Positions 49,501-59,300 of a stretch of 64,000 bases of DNA are shown here, one piece after another. This DNA is from Macrostomum lignano (taxonomy: Eukaryota). Made by a program: the position numbers and the translations under genes. Each line of letters opens with the position of its first letter. Position 1 is the stretch's first letter. The DNA is taken from positions 1 to 64,000 of the forward strand of contig NIVC01002999.1 in NCBI GenBank assembly GCA_002269645.1, read 5' to 3'. The notes beneath the pieces were generated by a model that was not told the origin of the DNA, ran no database searches, and worked only from the letters and a program-made list of their open reading frames with translations.

Positions 49501-50915
49501 TTTAAAGTCTTAGGGATCTGGTTTCGCGAATTGAATGTGGGCAGAAGAATGCGGATTATTATCTGTTTGTTTCGAAGATGCTATGGGTGGATGTCAGTGG
49601 ATTATGTAGGACACCTGTTATGCTCTGATTCTGTCAGAGATAATATGGATGGATTTAGGAGGATTATGGATGACGTTTTCGGAGCAAGTGCGGCCCCTTT
49701 TTTCTGATTAAGGGATAATACGGATGGATTTAATGGGATTATGTTCGAAGTTTTCGGAGCAAGTAAGACACCTGTTATTCTCTGATTCTGTCAGGGATAA
49801 TATGGATGGATTTAATGGGATTATGGAGGACGTGAAAAATTTTGTCCCAGAGGCCCCCTCATGCATTCTACTAAAAGCTGACTTACTTTGCATCTGTCAT
49901 AAATGACACAGGCTCGCTTGCTGAATGACCAGGTGGCGGTTTCGATGCACGTGCACTTGAAGTCTTTGTCGTACATGCCGTCGAGGTAAACCTCGCAGTT
50001 GTCAGTCATCGTATACGCCATGTCTACGCAAGGATTGTTCCGACATGGGTTTGGGCAATAGTGATCAATGACGTCTCCTTTTAGTGACATTTTGTGCAGC
50101 ATTCGGCAATACGAGAGCCAGAATGCGACACCGACAGAGTCAGCGCGAGTGTATAGGTCTTGGTCGACAACTGGCCTGCGTAGAGTCGTGCTGTCGTACG
50201 TGTTTATCTTGGTTGACATAAGTATAAGAATAAAACGCCTCCAAAAACATGCTACATCAAGCGGTTCTCTGCAGTGTAATGGACGCGATGTCCAGACTTT
50301 TTCTTCTTGATGAAATACTTTATCTTGTCGCATTGACTCCCAAGTTCCAACGAGAAATTCGCGAATATGATCCCGGTAAAAATAATTTTCCGTAATTTTC
50401 GCATCATCATCGCGAATTTCGTTGCCCAATAGATTCAGTAAATCTCGATTTAAGTCGAAATCAACGCTGAGAAGTTTATTGAAAGACAGTCTAACAGGTT
50501 CTCCAAGCGAGTTTTTTTCTGGCCGATTGAACATCCAGGAGTCAAACTTTCTTGTGGCTTCACGGTGGGCTAAAGACGATCCTGGGTACGTCGGCTTCAC
50601 AAAACTTTTAGTTGCATGCTTGTAGAATACGACCTCGGTAGCAACCTCTCTACTCAAGCCGGTGCGCAGTACTTGGGGAAAGCCGAACTGATAGGACCGT
50701 TTAGTGGGGTGCAGCATGTCGCCGAACGACAGCACGTGCGGATACATTCGATTCAGCTTGCCCATCGGGCGAGGCCGGAACAGCAAATTGGCCAGCTCGT
50801 AGGTTTTTTCTGCGTCTTTCGGGTCTCGATAGATACGTCTGGCCTGCTCGGTAGCTCCTGTTGTGTCCAATGCAGTTGCTAGCATATAAAATAGCAGAGG
50901 TACTAGCCTGATCAT
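31534..50915 (-). CDS. Type I membrane protein: signal peptide, uncharacterised ~270-aa domain, 4 EGF-like repeats, TSP1 repeat, TM, short tail (~622 aa)
   Basis: Exons 50915-49887, 34320-34036, 33363-33137 and 31861-31534 with phases 0, 0, 2. Joins read YDRCK|MDNPC, RAG|SVEERDPNC and HRSR|ACLG. TSP1 motif WSVWGPWSSCDPDCG; TM LAALAIATAIGLGCLFTC. Confidence 0.85.
31977..32195 (+). mobile_element. tRNA-derived SINE copy (head partly deleted)
   Basis: tgtagcctagtggttagagc head followed by ccttgagcaagacactgaactctgcattgcttcagttcacccagctgtaaaatggg. Confidence 0.8.
33505..33765. repeat. CT-rich low-complexity tract
   Basis: Polypyrimidine ctct runs; gives rise to spurious S/L/P-rich ORFs. Confidence 0.85.
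35274..36131 (-). CDS. Polinton minor capsid protein (penton-like); start codon apparently mutated ATG>ATA
   Basis: WSNVPNVTAENNKFYY and C-terminal IHEIVLQFETEDGVGVDFNGEEFVLTIII, typical of Polinton minor capsid; the frame is open upstream to AAAAA-ATA at 36131. Confidence 0.7.
   Translation of the reverse strand: MEAIAERLNNIVSHSKESIPITVAGRITESNGIFIQKLEQPLRLDPEANYHVYLNDFTGWSNVPNVTAENNKFYYKWKRTTTEVVIFPVSTQSVDTYNYFLENVFTKRKHFEIPDESKPESKLFPVRLTYYLTVMRVVLQVHQDAEAEFRDGTWYRELAFVKRVYGGATDQSPPQAPGTVAVSWPISGMYLAPNIADIVKGLNILIRSNLSLDWIFKGKRTNILFNISNSVAGGQMLVQKPNPVKRVILSNREIHEIVLQFETEDGVGVDFNGEEFVLTIIIERM
36151..37382 (-). pseudogene. Polinton major capsid protein (double jelly-roll type), frameshifted
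   Basis: Fragments 37382-37146, 37155-36757, 36670-36419 and 36510-36151 in different frames; motifs FVPLRFMNSFC and ELYPIFGVDVS; located next to the minor capsid gene. Confidence 0.7.
37468..37821 (+). CDS. Polinton hypothetical protein (coiled-coil-like)
   Basis: 117-aa ORF with an A-rich ATG context, divergent from the major capsid gene; may continue by frameshift into 37857-38096. Confidence 0.5.
   Translation: MKQKSSYHISELEKLAQAEKQVTALINKEQQSYNEFVQAATEFHKPGYTEAKKNIDTVKEAVDDIQESHLQNTLGKIPSSPGQPQAQQPGQPEAQPVQMKVTDNFFGPVLDDGKYIF
38143..38751 (+). CDS. Polinton hypothetical protein with a CAA/poly-Q-P tract
   Basis: Q/P-rich (CAA)n at 38170-38290; C-terminal LVVLLGAAKTG...EFVHILSKMLERKYI resembles a recurrent Polinton small protein. 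Confidence 0.45.
   Translation: MPDQEKVIRQQPQQQQPQQQLQQPQQQQQQPQQPQQQPQQQQPQQPPPPQQQKTQVEQILDQLDAVDPILVSQYKDRNPDTWRQLEQLSPERMKRINDRVFTPRLQQPSPGTSSSDQSFESPPSSSGKGMPEVYKRLVVLLGAAKTGMKDENRKEFVHILSKMLERKYIEQRARELLLSRFNKKIISSKNGTYFRKRRGQIL
38711..39087 (+). pseudogene. Small basic Polinton protein with GxG motifs (putative virion core protein), one frameshift
   Basis: MALIFEK...KRGSGL...RSGNGL...(frameshift ~38860)...KKGSGFKFD*. Confidence 0.5.
39112..39218. repeat. 21-bp tandem repeat, 5 copies, upstream of the ATPase
   Basis: aagtcccaaaatgacacatct. Confidence 0.9.
39259..39575 (+). pseudogene. Packaging ATPase (A32/FtsK-like), N-terminal part only
   Basis: FRCIVVGSGKT (shortened Walker A) and LHIYSPTLYQDEY; no Walker B follows. 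Confidence 0.75.
39572..39940 (+). pseudogene. 3' part of a Polinton hydrophobic-helix protein (possibly the so-called GasderminX-type adintovirus gene)
   Basis: LGSVGAACGLISAITGAVA...KK...ISRAIEDKFISEDEFKTI; 5' end absent. Family name is from recall of motif pattern, not from a search. Confidence 0.45.
39918..40317 (-). pseudogene. Adenain-like (adenovirus-type) cysteine maturation protease, frameshifted
   Basis: Manual translation gives GSHWVCW, YYFDSYG and LQGLSSDICGELC (His/Asp/Gln/Cys catalytic set); two frameshifts. Confidence 0.85.
40357..46201 (-). pseudogene. Protein-primed family B DNA polymerase (pPolB), interrupted by Gypsy and frameshifted
   Basis: SGW...SSYIELP...KACINVKNKDN; VVY|ADFEC split by the insertion; CHIC...VRDHCHYTGKFRGAAHNTCNL (endonuclease VII-like); YLDANNLY; KLANNSVYGKT; YTDTDS. 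Frameshifts near 45880, 41240 and 40995. Confidence 0.93.
42798..44799 (+). mobile_element. Rearranged, truncated Ty3/Gypsy element inserted in polB
   Basis: 4-bp TSD ATAT (42794-42797 and 44800-44803). Inverted gag start + PBS + LTR 3' end at 42798-42972. RNase H end (TDHKPL, DNPVADALSR), zinc finger and rve integrase (HIDLVGP, SDRGSQF, VERFHR). G-run PPT, then a 200-bp LTR TGTGGCG...CGCCACA at 44600-44799. Confidence 0.92.
46478..46804 (-). CDS. Small Polinton protein with a Gly/Ala-rich hydrophobic segment (putative core/membrane-active protein)
   Basis: KSGGILPLAALIPIIAGAVSAAGGVAGGIATAVK; A-rich ATG context. Confidence 0.6.
   Translation of the reverse strand: MTKIETRTINKLNKIIESKKPGLISIKGAKVKIDPIQQILQCNEQTHSITDEKSGGILPLAALIPIIAGAVSAAGGVAGGIATAVKAGNDRAHQLELQKDCKRQRYNN
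46821..47826 (-). CDS. Retroviral-like (rve) integrase of the Polinton; one frameshift in an A-run near the start
   Basis: HQADLLFLP...YALTVIDIASRY, TDPGKEF, QAFVERFN: DDE triad intact. ATG at 47826 is out of frame by one base at the A6 run (~47808). Confidence 0.9.
47856..48311 (+). pseudogene. Parvovirus-like phospholipase A2 domain protein
   Basis: IPGYKYFGPLNPL...PVNELDSVCMWRNVKY...WDKEML...KAKLGLG; in-frame TAG at codon 16; catalytic HD reads RN. Confidence 0.8.
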
Positions 50916-51337
50916 ACTTTTTTCAGTTGAGCTTACGTACTCTAAGGCAAAATTGTTGATAACGCGACGAGTGTAAAGCTTAGTATAAGTTTTTTAATCT
51001 TCTATTTGCTTTATTTCATTTTTACTCAAAGCATGACCATAGACGAATCATGCCCACAGCGAAATCCGCTTTCCAGCAAAAATGCTGCAACTAAAAATCT
51101 TTTTGTTGAACTATCTATGGCCTTCTATGAAAGACTTGTAAAGCTCAATAATGACCGTTGCATGTACATGCAATAAATTAGATTTACAAATAAACGACCC
51201 AGTTAAGCTGCATCTGCGTTGTACATGCGCGTAATTATTGGCAATAATTAGACCTAAAGAGATAATGTATCCCCCACTTGCCCCGGGCGAACGTCTATGG
51301 TCTCAGTGTGAATTTCATTTATTTGCTTCGGTGCAAA

Positions 51338-54034
51338 TCTAAATATACTAAATCTCTAATGTTTGTATGCTTGAATGAATGTCCATAATCTTCTATCTTA
51401 TATACTAAATCTGAAAATGTTTGTAACTTTGTTTATAAGTTTCGCATCTCCTCTTGAACCACTTGGTAGATTTTCGTCAAATTTGTTTCATTCGATGTGG
51501 AATTCTACTGGGACCATGTGGTCTAATTTTCATTTTGATGTCGTAGTGTGAAGCCTCTCAAATTGGAGAAATACTGTATTTCGCCTATCTAATTAGTGTA
51601 TTTTTCTCGCAGTCAGAGTTAAATTTTCAATTTTATATCTATGGTGGTCCGTGAAGTTGACTACGCGGCCGCAGCATCAGCAGCAGCAGCAGCGGCGGCT
51701 CGAGTCTAAATAAAGTCTTTCAATATATAAAGCTAATTATATAGTGTATTTTTCTCGCATTGATTTTATAACCTTGAAGTTCTTTAAGGTGAGTTCAACC
51801 GGTGAGTTCAACCGGTGAGTCTGTTCAACTTCGATTCATTCGTATTCGTGCTGGATTGGAGTGATTTGTCTGATCTTCTGTTTGTTTGTTTGTCGGCCTG
51901 AACCGGTCGACCTGTCTGAATTTCTGTTTGTTGTTCGATTATTTGTCGGCCTGAACCGGTTGACCGGTCTCAACAATTTCATGTGAATGTGTCTCTTAGT
52001 TTTTGATACCTGGGCGCGGGTGTGCTGTCGCTCATGCCGAAGAGTGAGTTAGTAAAGAGTCGGGAAGCAAAATTGCGTCGTCGGCAGGAAACAGCGGAGG
52101 AGCGTAATTCGCGGCTTGAGAAACAACTAGAGTATAGTCGGAAGCGTATACAGAACGAATCCATAAGTGCACGGTCTGACAGGTTAGATGCCGCGCGTGT
52201 TCGCGCGGCTGAAAGGCGAGCTAATGAGTCAGACGCAGGGCGTGTCTCTCGATTGAACGCCGCACGTGCCCACGACGCCGATATGCGAGCTACTGAGACA
52301 GACGCAGCACGCGCCTCAAGATTGGATGCTGCGCGTGTTCGCGCTTCGAAACAACGTGCCACAGAGACTGACGCAGTGCGCGCAGACAGACGGGACGCAA
52401 TTGGTATTCATGTCGCTAATAAACGCGCTACAGAGACTGATGTTGTACGGCATATCCGACTCGCGAACAATCGGAAGCGCGCAGACCTAAGACGCATTAA
52501 TATTCAAGGCTCAGGTGATGCTTCCATTAAGGAAAATGTTCCATTTCTACTGAAAGATGGGGTAAAAATCACTCCTATCAGAGGCGATGGCAATTGCTTT
52601 TTTCGGGCAGTATCTGATCAGTTTGCAGGAACGCCGTTGCAATATCTTGATCATCGCAAAATTCGAAGCTTAATGGCTACTGGTGCGTCCAGTTTGTTGA
52701 AGGGGCAGACCGAGCTACTGCAGTCACAAGGCCTCACAGTTAACGAGATTGTTTTTGAAACACGACAAGATCAAATCTATGTGAACAATTTCGTAGTGCC
52801 TCTACTCGACAGAATCTTTGATGTAGACTTTGAAATTTATCAACTTGACGATTGCGACACCAACAAGATGAACCTTTTTCAGGGTTCACTATCAGCCACC
52901 AGGCCACCTCTTGCCACTGTGAGGCTGCTCTATAATCGGCATATGGAGCATTATGAGTCATTGCGTCTGAATGACGATCAGGTCAATTTGATTGAAGCTT
53001 CTCGGCCTGATTCTCCTGTTATGATATCAATAGACTTCGACGAACCTGAGGAAGAACTCTGTCCAAATGCTAATACTCTTCATGATCAAAAAACAGTTCA
53101 CGATCTTGGACGCATGAACATACAGTGTGAATGGTGCTCTGGCCTTCGTTGGAAATCTGAGTCGATCGGAATTTGCTGCGCCAAAAATAAAGTACATCTC
53201 GATTCACGGACAGTTCCACAACTTTTAGTAGATCTGTATAACGGCAGTCATAGGCTAAGCAAAGAATTTTTGTCTCATGTTCGCACTTACAACTTTGCTC
53301 TTCATCTGACCTCATTTGGTGCGCGGCTTAACCAAATGAAAGGCTGGAATCCAAGTTTAATCATCAATGGCCAAGTGCATCACCATATCCGACCATTAAT
53401 TCCCGATGACTCCACGAGGTCTGATGGATGGCAAGTGTACTTCTTGGACAAGGAGTTGGACACGCGCCTACAATTTCATCGAGGCTTGAAACCAGAGCTG
53501 TTGCAGATTTTACAGACACTACTTCATGAAACGAACAATTATGCTCGCAGTCTCAAGGCAACGTTCGATATGTTAAGCTTCTTCGAGATTACGTTAAGAT
53601 TCAATGCTGCTGAAAATTTCAATTTGCTAGATCAAACTTTTGTTCTCAAACTTTCAAGCAAATTAACTACTACTTAAATTTGTCCCAGAATTTTTAATCG
53701 AATAAAACTAAACTAACCCAACTAACTAAACTATACTAACTAACTAAATTCACCCGCAAAAATACAATTGTAACCTTATGCCACATGCTAAAAGTAATAA
53801 TTAAAAGCGAGTCTCTGAAATAAAAAGTGATAAGTTTGCCCGCAATAACTTCAACATGTCCATGGTCGGATGCTTTTCTTACTTGTTCTGTATATCAGCA
53901 TACTTTTGAGTACAAAATGGACGTCGGTTTTATTTGATTGTTAATTTAGGCCTTAAAAATCCAATGGAAGATTGCGTCTAATCCAAAGAGAACTGTACAG
54001 TCTCCCCCCGAAGGGGGGGGGGCAAATTCTCTAG
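51338..54034 (+). mobile_element. Non-autonomous Helitron carrying a truncated Rep-Hel ORF
   Basis: 5' TCTAAATATAC/TCTATC starts at 51338 and 51392; 3' hairpin CCCCCCGAAGGGGGG then CTAG at 54031-54034. Confidence 0.8.
52022..53677 (+). CDS. Helitron ORF N-terminus: charged R/E/A repeats, OTU cysteine protease, zinc finger, Helitron N-terminal domain; Rep and helicase absent
   Basis: IRGDGNCFFRAVSDQ ... EHYESL (OTU); CEWC...ICC; SKEFLSHVRTYNFALHLTSFGA...INGQVHH...QVYFLD. Confidence 0.85.
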   Translation: MLSLMPKSELVKSREAKLRRRQETAEERNSRLEKQLEYSRKRIQNESISARSDRLDAARVRAAERRANESDAGRVSRLNAARAHDADMRATETDAARASRLDAARVRASKQRATETDAVRADRRDAIGIHVANKRATETDVVRHIRLANNRKRADLRRINIQGSGDASIKENVPFLLKDGVKITPIRGDGNCFFRAVSDQFAGTPLQYLDHRKIRSLMATGASSLLKGQTELLQSQGLTVNEIVFETRQDQIYVNNFVVPLLDRIFDVDFEIYQLDDCDTNKMNLFQGSLSATRPPLATVRLLYNRHMEHYESLRLNDDQVNLIEASRPDSPVMISIDFDEPEEELCPNANTLHDQKTVHDLGRMNIQCEWCSGLRWKSESIGICCAKNKVHLDSRTVPQLLVDLYNGSHRLSKEFLSHVRTYNFALHLTSFGARLNQMKGWNPSLIINGQVHHHIRPLIPDDSTRSDGWQVYFLDKELDTRLQFHRGLKPELLQILQTLLHETNNYARSLKATFDMLSFFEITLRFNAAENFNLLDQTFVLKLSSKLTTT

Positions 54035-55100
54035 TCTAAATATACTAAATCTCTAAGGTTTGTTTGTTTGAATGAATGTCCATAACGCTCTAGAGATTGC
54101 AATTCTTCACCGATTTTGATCGTGTTTTCGCCAAAAGATTCAAAATTGTCTGGAAAGAAGACGGTTAAAATTTCTTGTATCTGCTTCAATGCTAAAGGGA
54201 TTAAATATTCGAAAAACTGTTTTAAATGGCCTTTTCAATGCAAATTTTATCAGCCAGAAACTTCACTGCCAATTTTAATTGATTGCGCCAGAGCCAACTG
54301 ATAAGAAAACTCACTCCGCTCCACTTAAAGGGGGGCAATAAAAAATTATTCTGGCTGCTGGCAGCCAGCTCTAATTAGCTAGTCTAAATATACTAAATCT
54401 CTAAGTCTAATATACTAAATCTCTAATATTTGTATGTCCATAATCTAAATATACTAAATCTCTAAGGTTTGTATGCTTGAATGTCCATAACGCTCTAGAG
54501 ATTGCAATCTAAATATACTAAATCTCTAAGGTTTGTTTGTATGAATGTCCATAACGCTCTAGAGATCGCAATTCTCGACCGATTTCGATCGCGTTTTCGC
54601 CAAAAGATGCAAAATTGTCTGGAAAGAAGACAGTTAAAATTTCTTGTATCTGCTTCAATGCTAAAGGGATTAAATATTCGAAAAACTGTTTTAAATGGCC
54701 TTTTTCAATGCAAATTTTATCAGCCAGAAACTTCACTGCCAATTTTAATTGATTGCGCCAGAGCCAACTGATAAGAAAACTCACTCCGCTCCACTTAAAG
54801 GGGGGCAATAAAAATATTATTCTGGCTGCTGGCAGCCAGCTCTAATTAGCTATCTAAATATACTAAATCTCTAAGGTTTGTATGCTTGCTTGCTTGAATG
54901 TCCATAACGCTCTAGTCTTCTAAATATACTAAATCTCTAAGGTTTGTTTGTATGTTTGTCCATAACGCTCTAGAGATTGCAATTCTTCACCGATTTTAAT
55001 TGCGTTTTCGCCAAAAGATTTGTAATCAGCCTGGGATTGTATGGTTAAAATTTATTGTATCTGCTTCAATGCTAAAGGGATTAGATATTCGAAAAACATG
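54035..55100 (+). mobile_element. Head-to-tail array of short Helitron units and stacked 5' ends
   Basis: tctaaatatactaaatctctaag recurs at 54035, 54383, 54406, 54444, 54508, 54853 and 54919. The ~345-bp units 54035-54382 and 54508-54852 end in hairpin ctggctgctggcagccag plus CTAG/CTA. Confidence 0.85.
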
Positions 55101-55712
55101 CTTTTTTGCAAAGGTCAAGCAGCTCTTTCGACTTGAAATGCATTGTAAAAATGCTAGCAGATAAAAAACTGACTGACTGAATTCTGATTCTGATAAAGAT
55201 TGCATCACAACAAGTTGAAAACACTGCGCCAAGTTAAAAGACAGAAATTGCGTAACCATATTGCTAACTTTAATTGAGACTGATGCTGACTGCCTGAGTA
55301 TTTGATTATGTCATAGCTGCTTCGTGTGACTTTCACTCGAACGGCCTTGGAGTTAGTATTCGTGTAACGTTCTAGAGATTGAACCAATTGACCAATTTTA
55401 ATCGCTTTTTCGCCAAAAGATGCAAAATTGTCTGGAAAGAAGACAGTTAAAATTTCTTTAATCGGCTTAAATGCTAAAGGTATTAAATATTCGAAAAACG
55501 AGTTTTCCCAATGCTTTTAATGGGAGGGCAAACTAGGTTGAATTCTTGACTGGCTGAATTCCAATTCCAATTATGATTGCGCCATAACTTTTCTCTCTCC
55601 ACTGTATATGCTTCAATACTGGCTGCAGTGTGCAAGGAGAAAAAATGCTCAGTGGCTGCGTGTGTACATTCTGACCCTGGCTCTGACTGGCGGACTCCAT
55701 AGAAAATTGCTA

Positions 55713-56930
55713 TTTATAGATTTCACTCAATCAACTGTGCATTGGCTCCGCCTGCACGCCTACACACTGAGCAGCCTATCACTGCTATGTATTTAACTGA
55801 AGTTCTGAAGGATATATGGCTGATTTTGTTGTCCTCCCATCAATAGGCGGAGTAGCCGCACTGTAGGCACTAGGACTAGGTTTAGGCTAGGCGTAAGTTC
55901 CAAGGTTCGAGTCTGCCTCCCCGGCGGATAATTAAAATTAAAATAATTCAATAATTTATAGCTTGCGCCTCGACTAATTGGAACATTTTTTGATTAATTT
56001 CAATTGAAACATATTTCATTAATTCGCAATTCATTTTTTGCTACTCGGCACAAGCCGCTAATCAAATTTGATTTGTTAAAACTGCTTCGAGTATAACTGA
56101 TCCCATCAAGGGTATTGTCTATCTCCATAAAAGTACGAAATTACTAAACTGCAGACAAAATTGCTTAAAGGTATTGCTAAATGCAGAGCTGCCGATATGT
56201 ATCGAAAATTGATTAGTGAGCCGTACAATTCTGAGCAAATTGCAGTTTTCTGAGGGGACTGAGGTGCCGGCCAGAGAAGAACTGCAGACTGTGAAGTAGT
56301 TCCTCCAGACTTAAATCTAATTTATAGATTTCACTTAACTGTGCATTGGCTCTGCCTGCATGCAACCCGTGCACTAAGCAGCCTATCACTGCTGTGTATT
56401 TCACTGCAGTGCCAAAGCATATATGGCTGATTTTGTCGCCCTCCGATCAATAGGCGGAGTAGCCGCACTGTAGGCACTAGGACCAGGTTTAGGATAGGCG
56501 TAAGGTCCCAGGTTAGAGTCTGGCTCGCAGCGGACAATTGAAATTGAGCTAATTATTATTTCATTTTAGCTTGTGCTTCGACTAATTGGAAGTTTTATGC
56601 TTAATTAACAAGGCACACTAAATGAACTACATGTATTTTTGCTATTTAGCACAAGTCGCTAAGCAAATTTGATTTGTAAAAACTGCTTCGAGTACATGTA
56701 TTACGAGCGTACTGATCCCATCAATGGGTATATGGCGTAGTTCCATGAAAGTATGAAATTGCTAAACTGCAGACCATTCTGAAAAAAACTTCTGACGGTA
56801 TTGCAAAATGCTGAGTTTTGCAAGACTGCCGATGTGTATCGAAAATTTATTAGTGAGCCGTAAAATTCTGAGCAAATTGCAGTTTCCTGAGGAGCTGAGG
56901 TGCCGGCTGAAAGAAGAACTGCAGGCTGCT
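55713..56930. repeat. Diverged ~608-bp tandem duplication
   Basis: tttatagatttcac...actgtgcattggctc at 55713 and 56321, collinear through ggtgccggc..agaagaactgcag. Confidence 0.8.
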
Positions 56931-57638
56931 GAGAGGATTAATGAAAATTGTTAATTGAACACTTGTAGACTGCAAATGGAATGACTGCAGACTGCTTAGG
57001 GAAACTGCAGACTGTCGAAGGGATCATTGCAGATTGCAAAGGGGAAACAACTGCAAACTGCTGAGGTAGTTCCTCCAGACGTATGAGCGTATAGCTGCAG
57101 ACTGCTGAGAGGGAAAACTGCCGACTAATAGGGGGATAATGGCAGACTTCTGAGGGTAATAACTAACTATTGAGCTTTGAGTGGATATTAACTGTGGAAT
57201 ATTAAGTACAAGTTGTTGAGGGGATTACTGCAGGCTGCTAAGTGAAATATTTTTTGCTAAGAGGACAATTCTATGAGCTGAGGGTATACATGCTTAATTT
57301 TAGTAAAAGTTGTAGAATGCAAAGTGGATGATAAATGCCGGCTGCTAAGAAATAACTGCAGTCTTTTTGCGGGATTAGATGCAGGGATAATTTCAGGTTG
57401 TTGTAGGGATAAATGCCGATTTCTGGGGGTTAACTTCAAACGGCTGAAGTTGCTAAACTAGATTATTTCGACCACATGTCAATAGGCACAACAGCCGCAG
57501 TAGGCAGGCAGTATCCGGCAGAAGCTAAGCAGAATGCTTTGATGTCAGCAGTTCGAGCCTGCATTGAAGCAGCGAATTTATCTTTGTGACCTGTGACAAT
57601 AATGATTGTATCCTTTGCAGATTTTGCGGAACAGTGCC

Positions 57639-57836
57639 GGTGAACCATTGCTAAACTGCTGGTGAACCATTGCTAAACTGCTGCTGGTGAAATTGCTAAA
57701 GTGATGGTAAACCATTGCTAAAGTGATGGTGAACCATTGCTAAACTACTGGTGAACCATTGCTAAACTGCTGGTGAACTATTGCTAAAGTGATGGTAAAC
57801 CATTGCTAAAGTGATGGTAAACCATTGCTAAAGTGT
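57639..57836. repeat. 22-bp tandem repeat, ~9 copies
   Basis: ggt(g/a)aaccattgctaaa(c/g)tg(c/a)t. Confidence 0.9.
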
Positions 57837-57964
57837 TTAATAATTTTAATAATTTTAATAAATGCTACTTTAAACAGAAGAAAACTCAACACAAGACAAA
57901 GCGAGAAAAGAATCACCATGTCAACCATAAAAAAAGCAGTCTGTCGAGAATAAAATACTCAATG

Positions 57965-59300
57965 TGAATTGCTAAGATTTCAAGGCTGGTATGGGAAATT
58001 TCTGTGATATCAAGACTCATGGGAGAATTTCTAAGATCTCAAGGCTCAGTGGTAATTGCTATAATGATGTGATTCTGGGGAGAATTGCTTTGATTTCAAA
58101 GCTTGAGTTCAATTGCTGCGATGTCGATCTTAATGAGGGAATTTCTGAGATGTCAAGGCTTACTGAGGAATTATTGAGATTTCAAGGCTTACTGGGCCAT
58201 GGGCCAGATCAAGGCCCATGGGAGAAATTCGGAGATGTCTTGTCAAGGCTCAGAGGGAAATTCCTATACTGATGTGATTCTGGGCAGAATTGCTTTGATT
58301 TCAAAGTTCATTTGAGAAATTGCTGAGGTATCAAGGCTCATTAAAATTATTTGCTGTCACGGCTCATGGAGATAATTTCTGGAATGCTGTGGCTCTTGGG
58401 GGAATTGCCGACATTTTTAGGGTAAGAGTAAGACGTAAACCATATAAATGAATAGGCCTGTCTAACATTAAATACTTATTGGGAATTGCTAAGTTGTCAA
58501 GGCTCATGGGGGATATCCGAATTATAATGTGGCTCAATGCTCAGGGGGATTGTTGTGATTGCAGCACCTGCTCATATTGCCGAAATTTTTTGTCTCAAAT
58601 AGGAGTTGCTGAGATATCAAGGCTCATTGGGGAATAGCTGAGATTTCAAAGCTCACGGGGGATCCCTGTAATGCTGTGGGCTGTGACTCTTGGGTATTGC
58701 TGAGATACTAAGGTTCACAGGGGAATGGCTGAGATTTCAAAGGCTCCTAAAGGGAATAGCTGAAATTCAGGAAATGTCAAGGTTCATTGGGTAATTGTTG
58801 AAATGCTGTGGTTCATAGTGGGAATAGCTGAAATGCTGTGACTTGGCAGGGTTAGGGTTCAATCATAAGACCCGTGTGAAAGTGCCAAGATATCAAAAGG
58901 TTAGTCGCTCAATTTTCAGGCTCCTGGGAAAATTGCTAAGATTTCAAAAGCTCCTTGGGGAATTTTTGAAATTCTTGGGCTGAGAAGGAGTTGCTGAAAT
59001 GCTGTGACTCGGCTGCAGATAAAGGGTTATGGTTTGGGTTCAATTATAGAGCCATCGTCGTGTCAATCATAAATGATTCATTAAGGAATTTCTAAGATTA
59101 AAGGCTCTTGGCGCAAATTAGTTATATGCTTTGGCTCTTCGGAAATTGCTGACAGTTTAAGGCTTTCGGTGAAATTTAGATTTCAAAGCTTATGAGGAAG
59201 TTACTTAAATTCTCAGGCTCAAGGCTCACGGGGGAGATTGCTAACATGCCAAGACTCACTTATGGGTTAGGGTTAGGGGCTTAGGGTCAGTTTTGGTTCA
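57965..59300. repeat. Highly degenerate satellite-like region
   Basis: Recurrent attgct(g/a)agat(t/a)tcaaggctc(a/t)...ggg motif, with a few ggttagggtt motifs. Confidence 0.6.

Larger units (their letters stand above)
34552..49872. mobile_element. Polinton/Maverick (adintovirus-like) endogenous virus, 15.3 kb, decayed
   Basis: Termini AGTA...TACT; ~460-bp imperfect TIRs (34552-~35009 and ~49416-49872); 6-bp TSD AAAAGC (34546-34551 and 49873-49878); carries pPolB, integrase, capsids, ATPase and protease genes. Confidence 0.95.
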
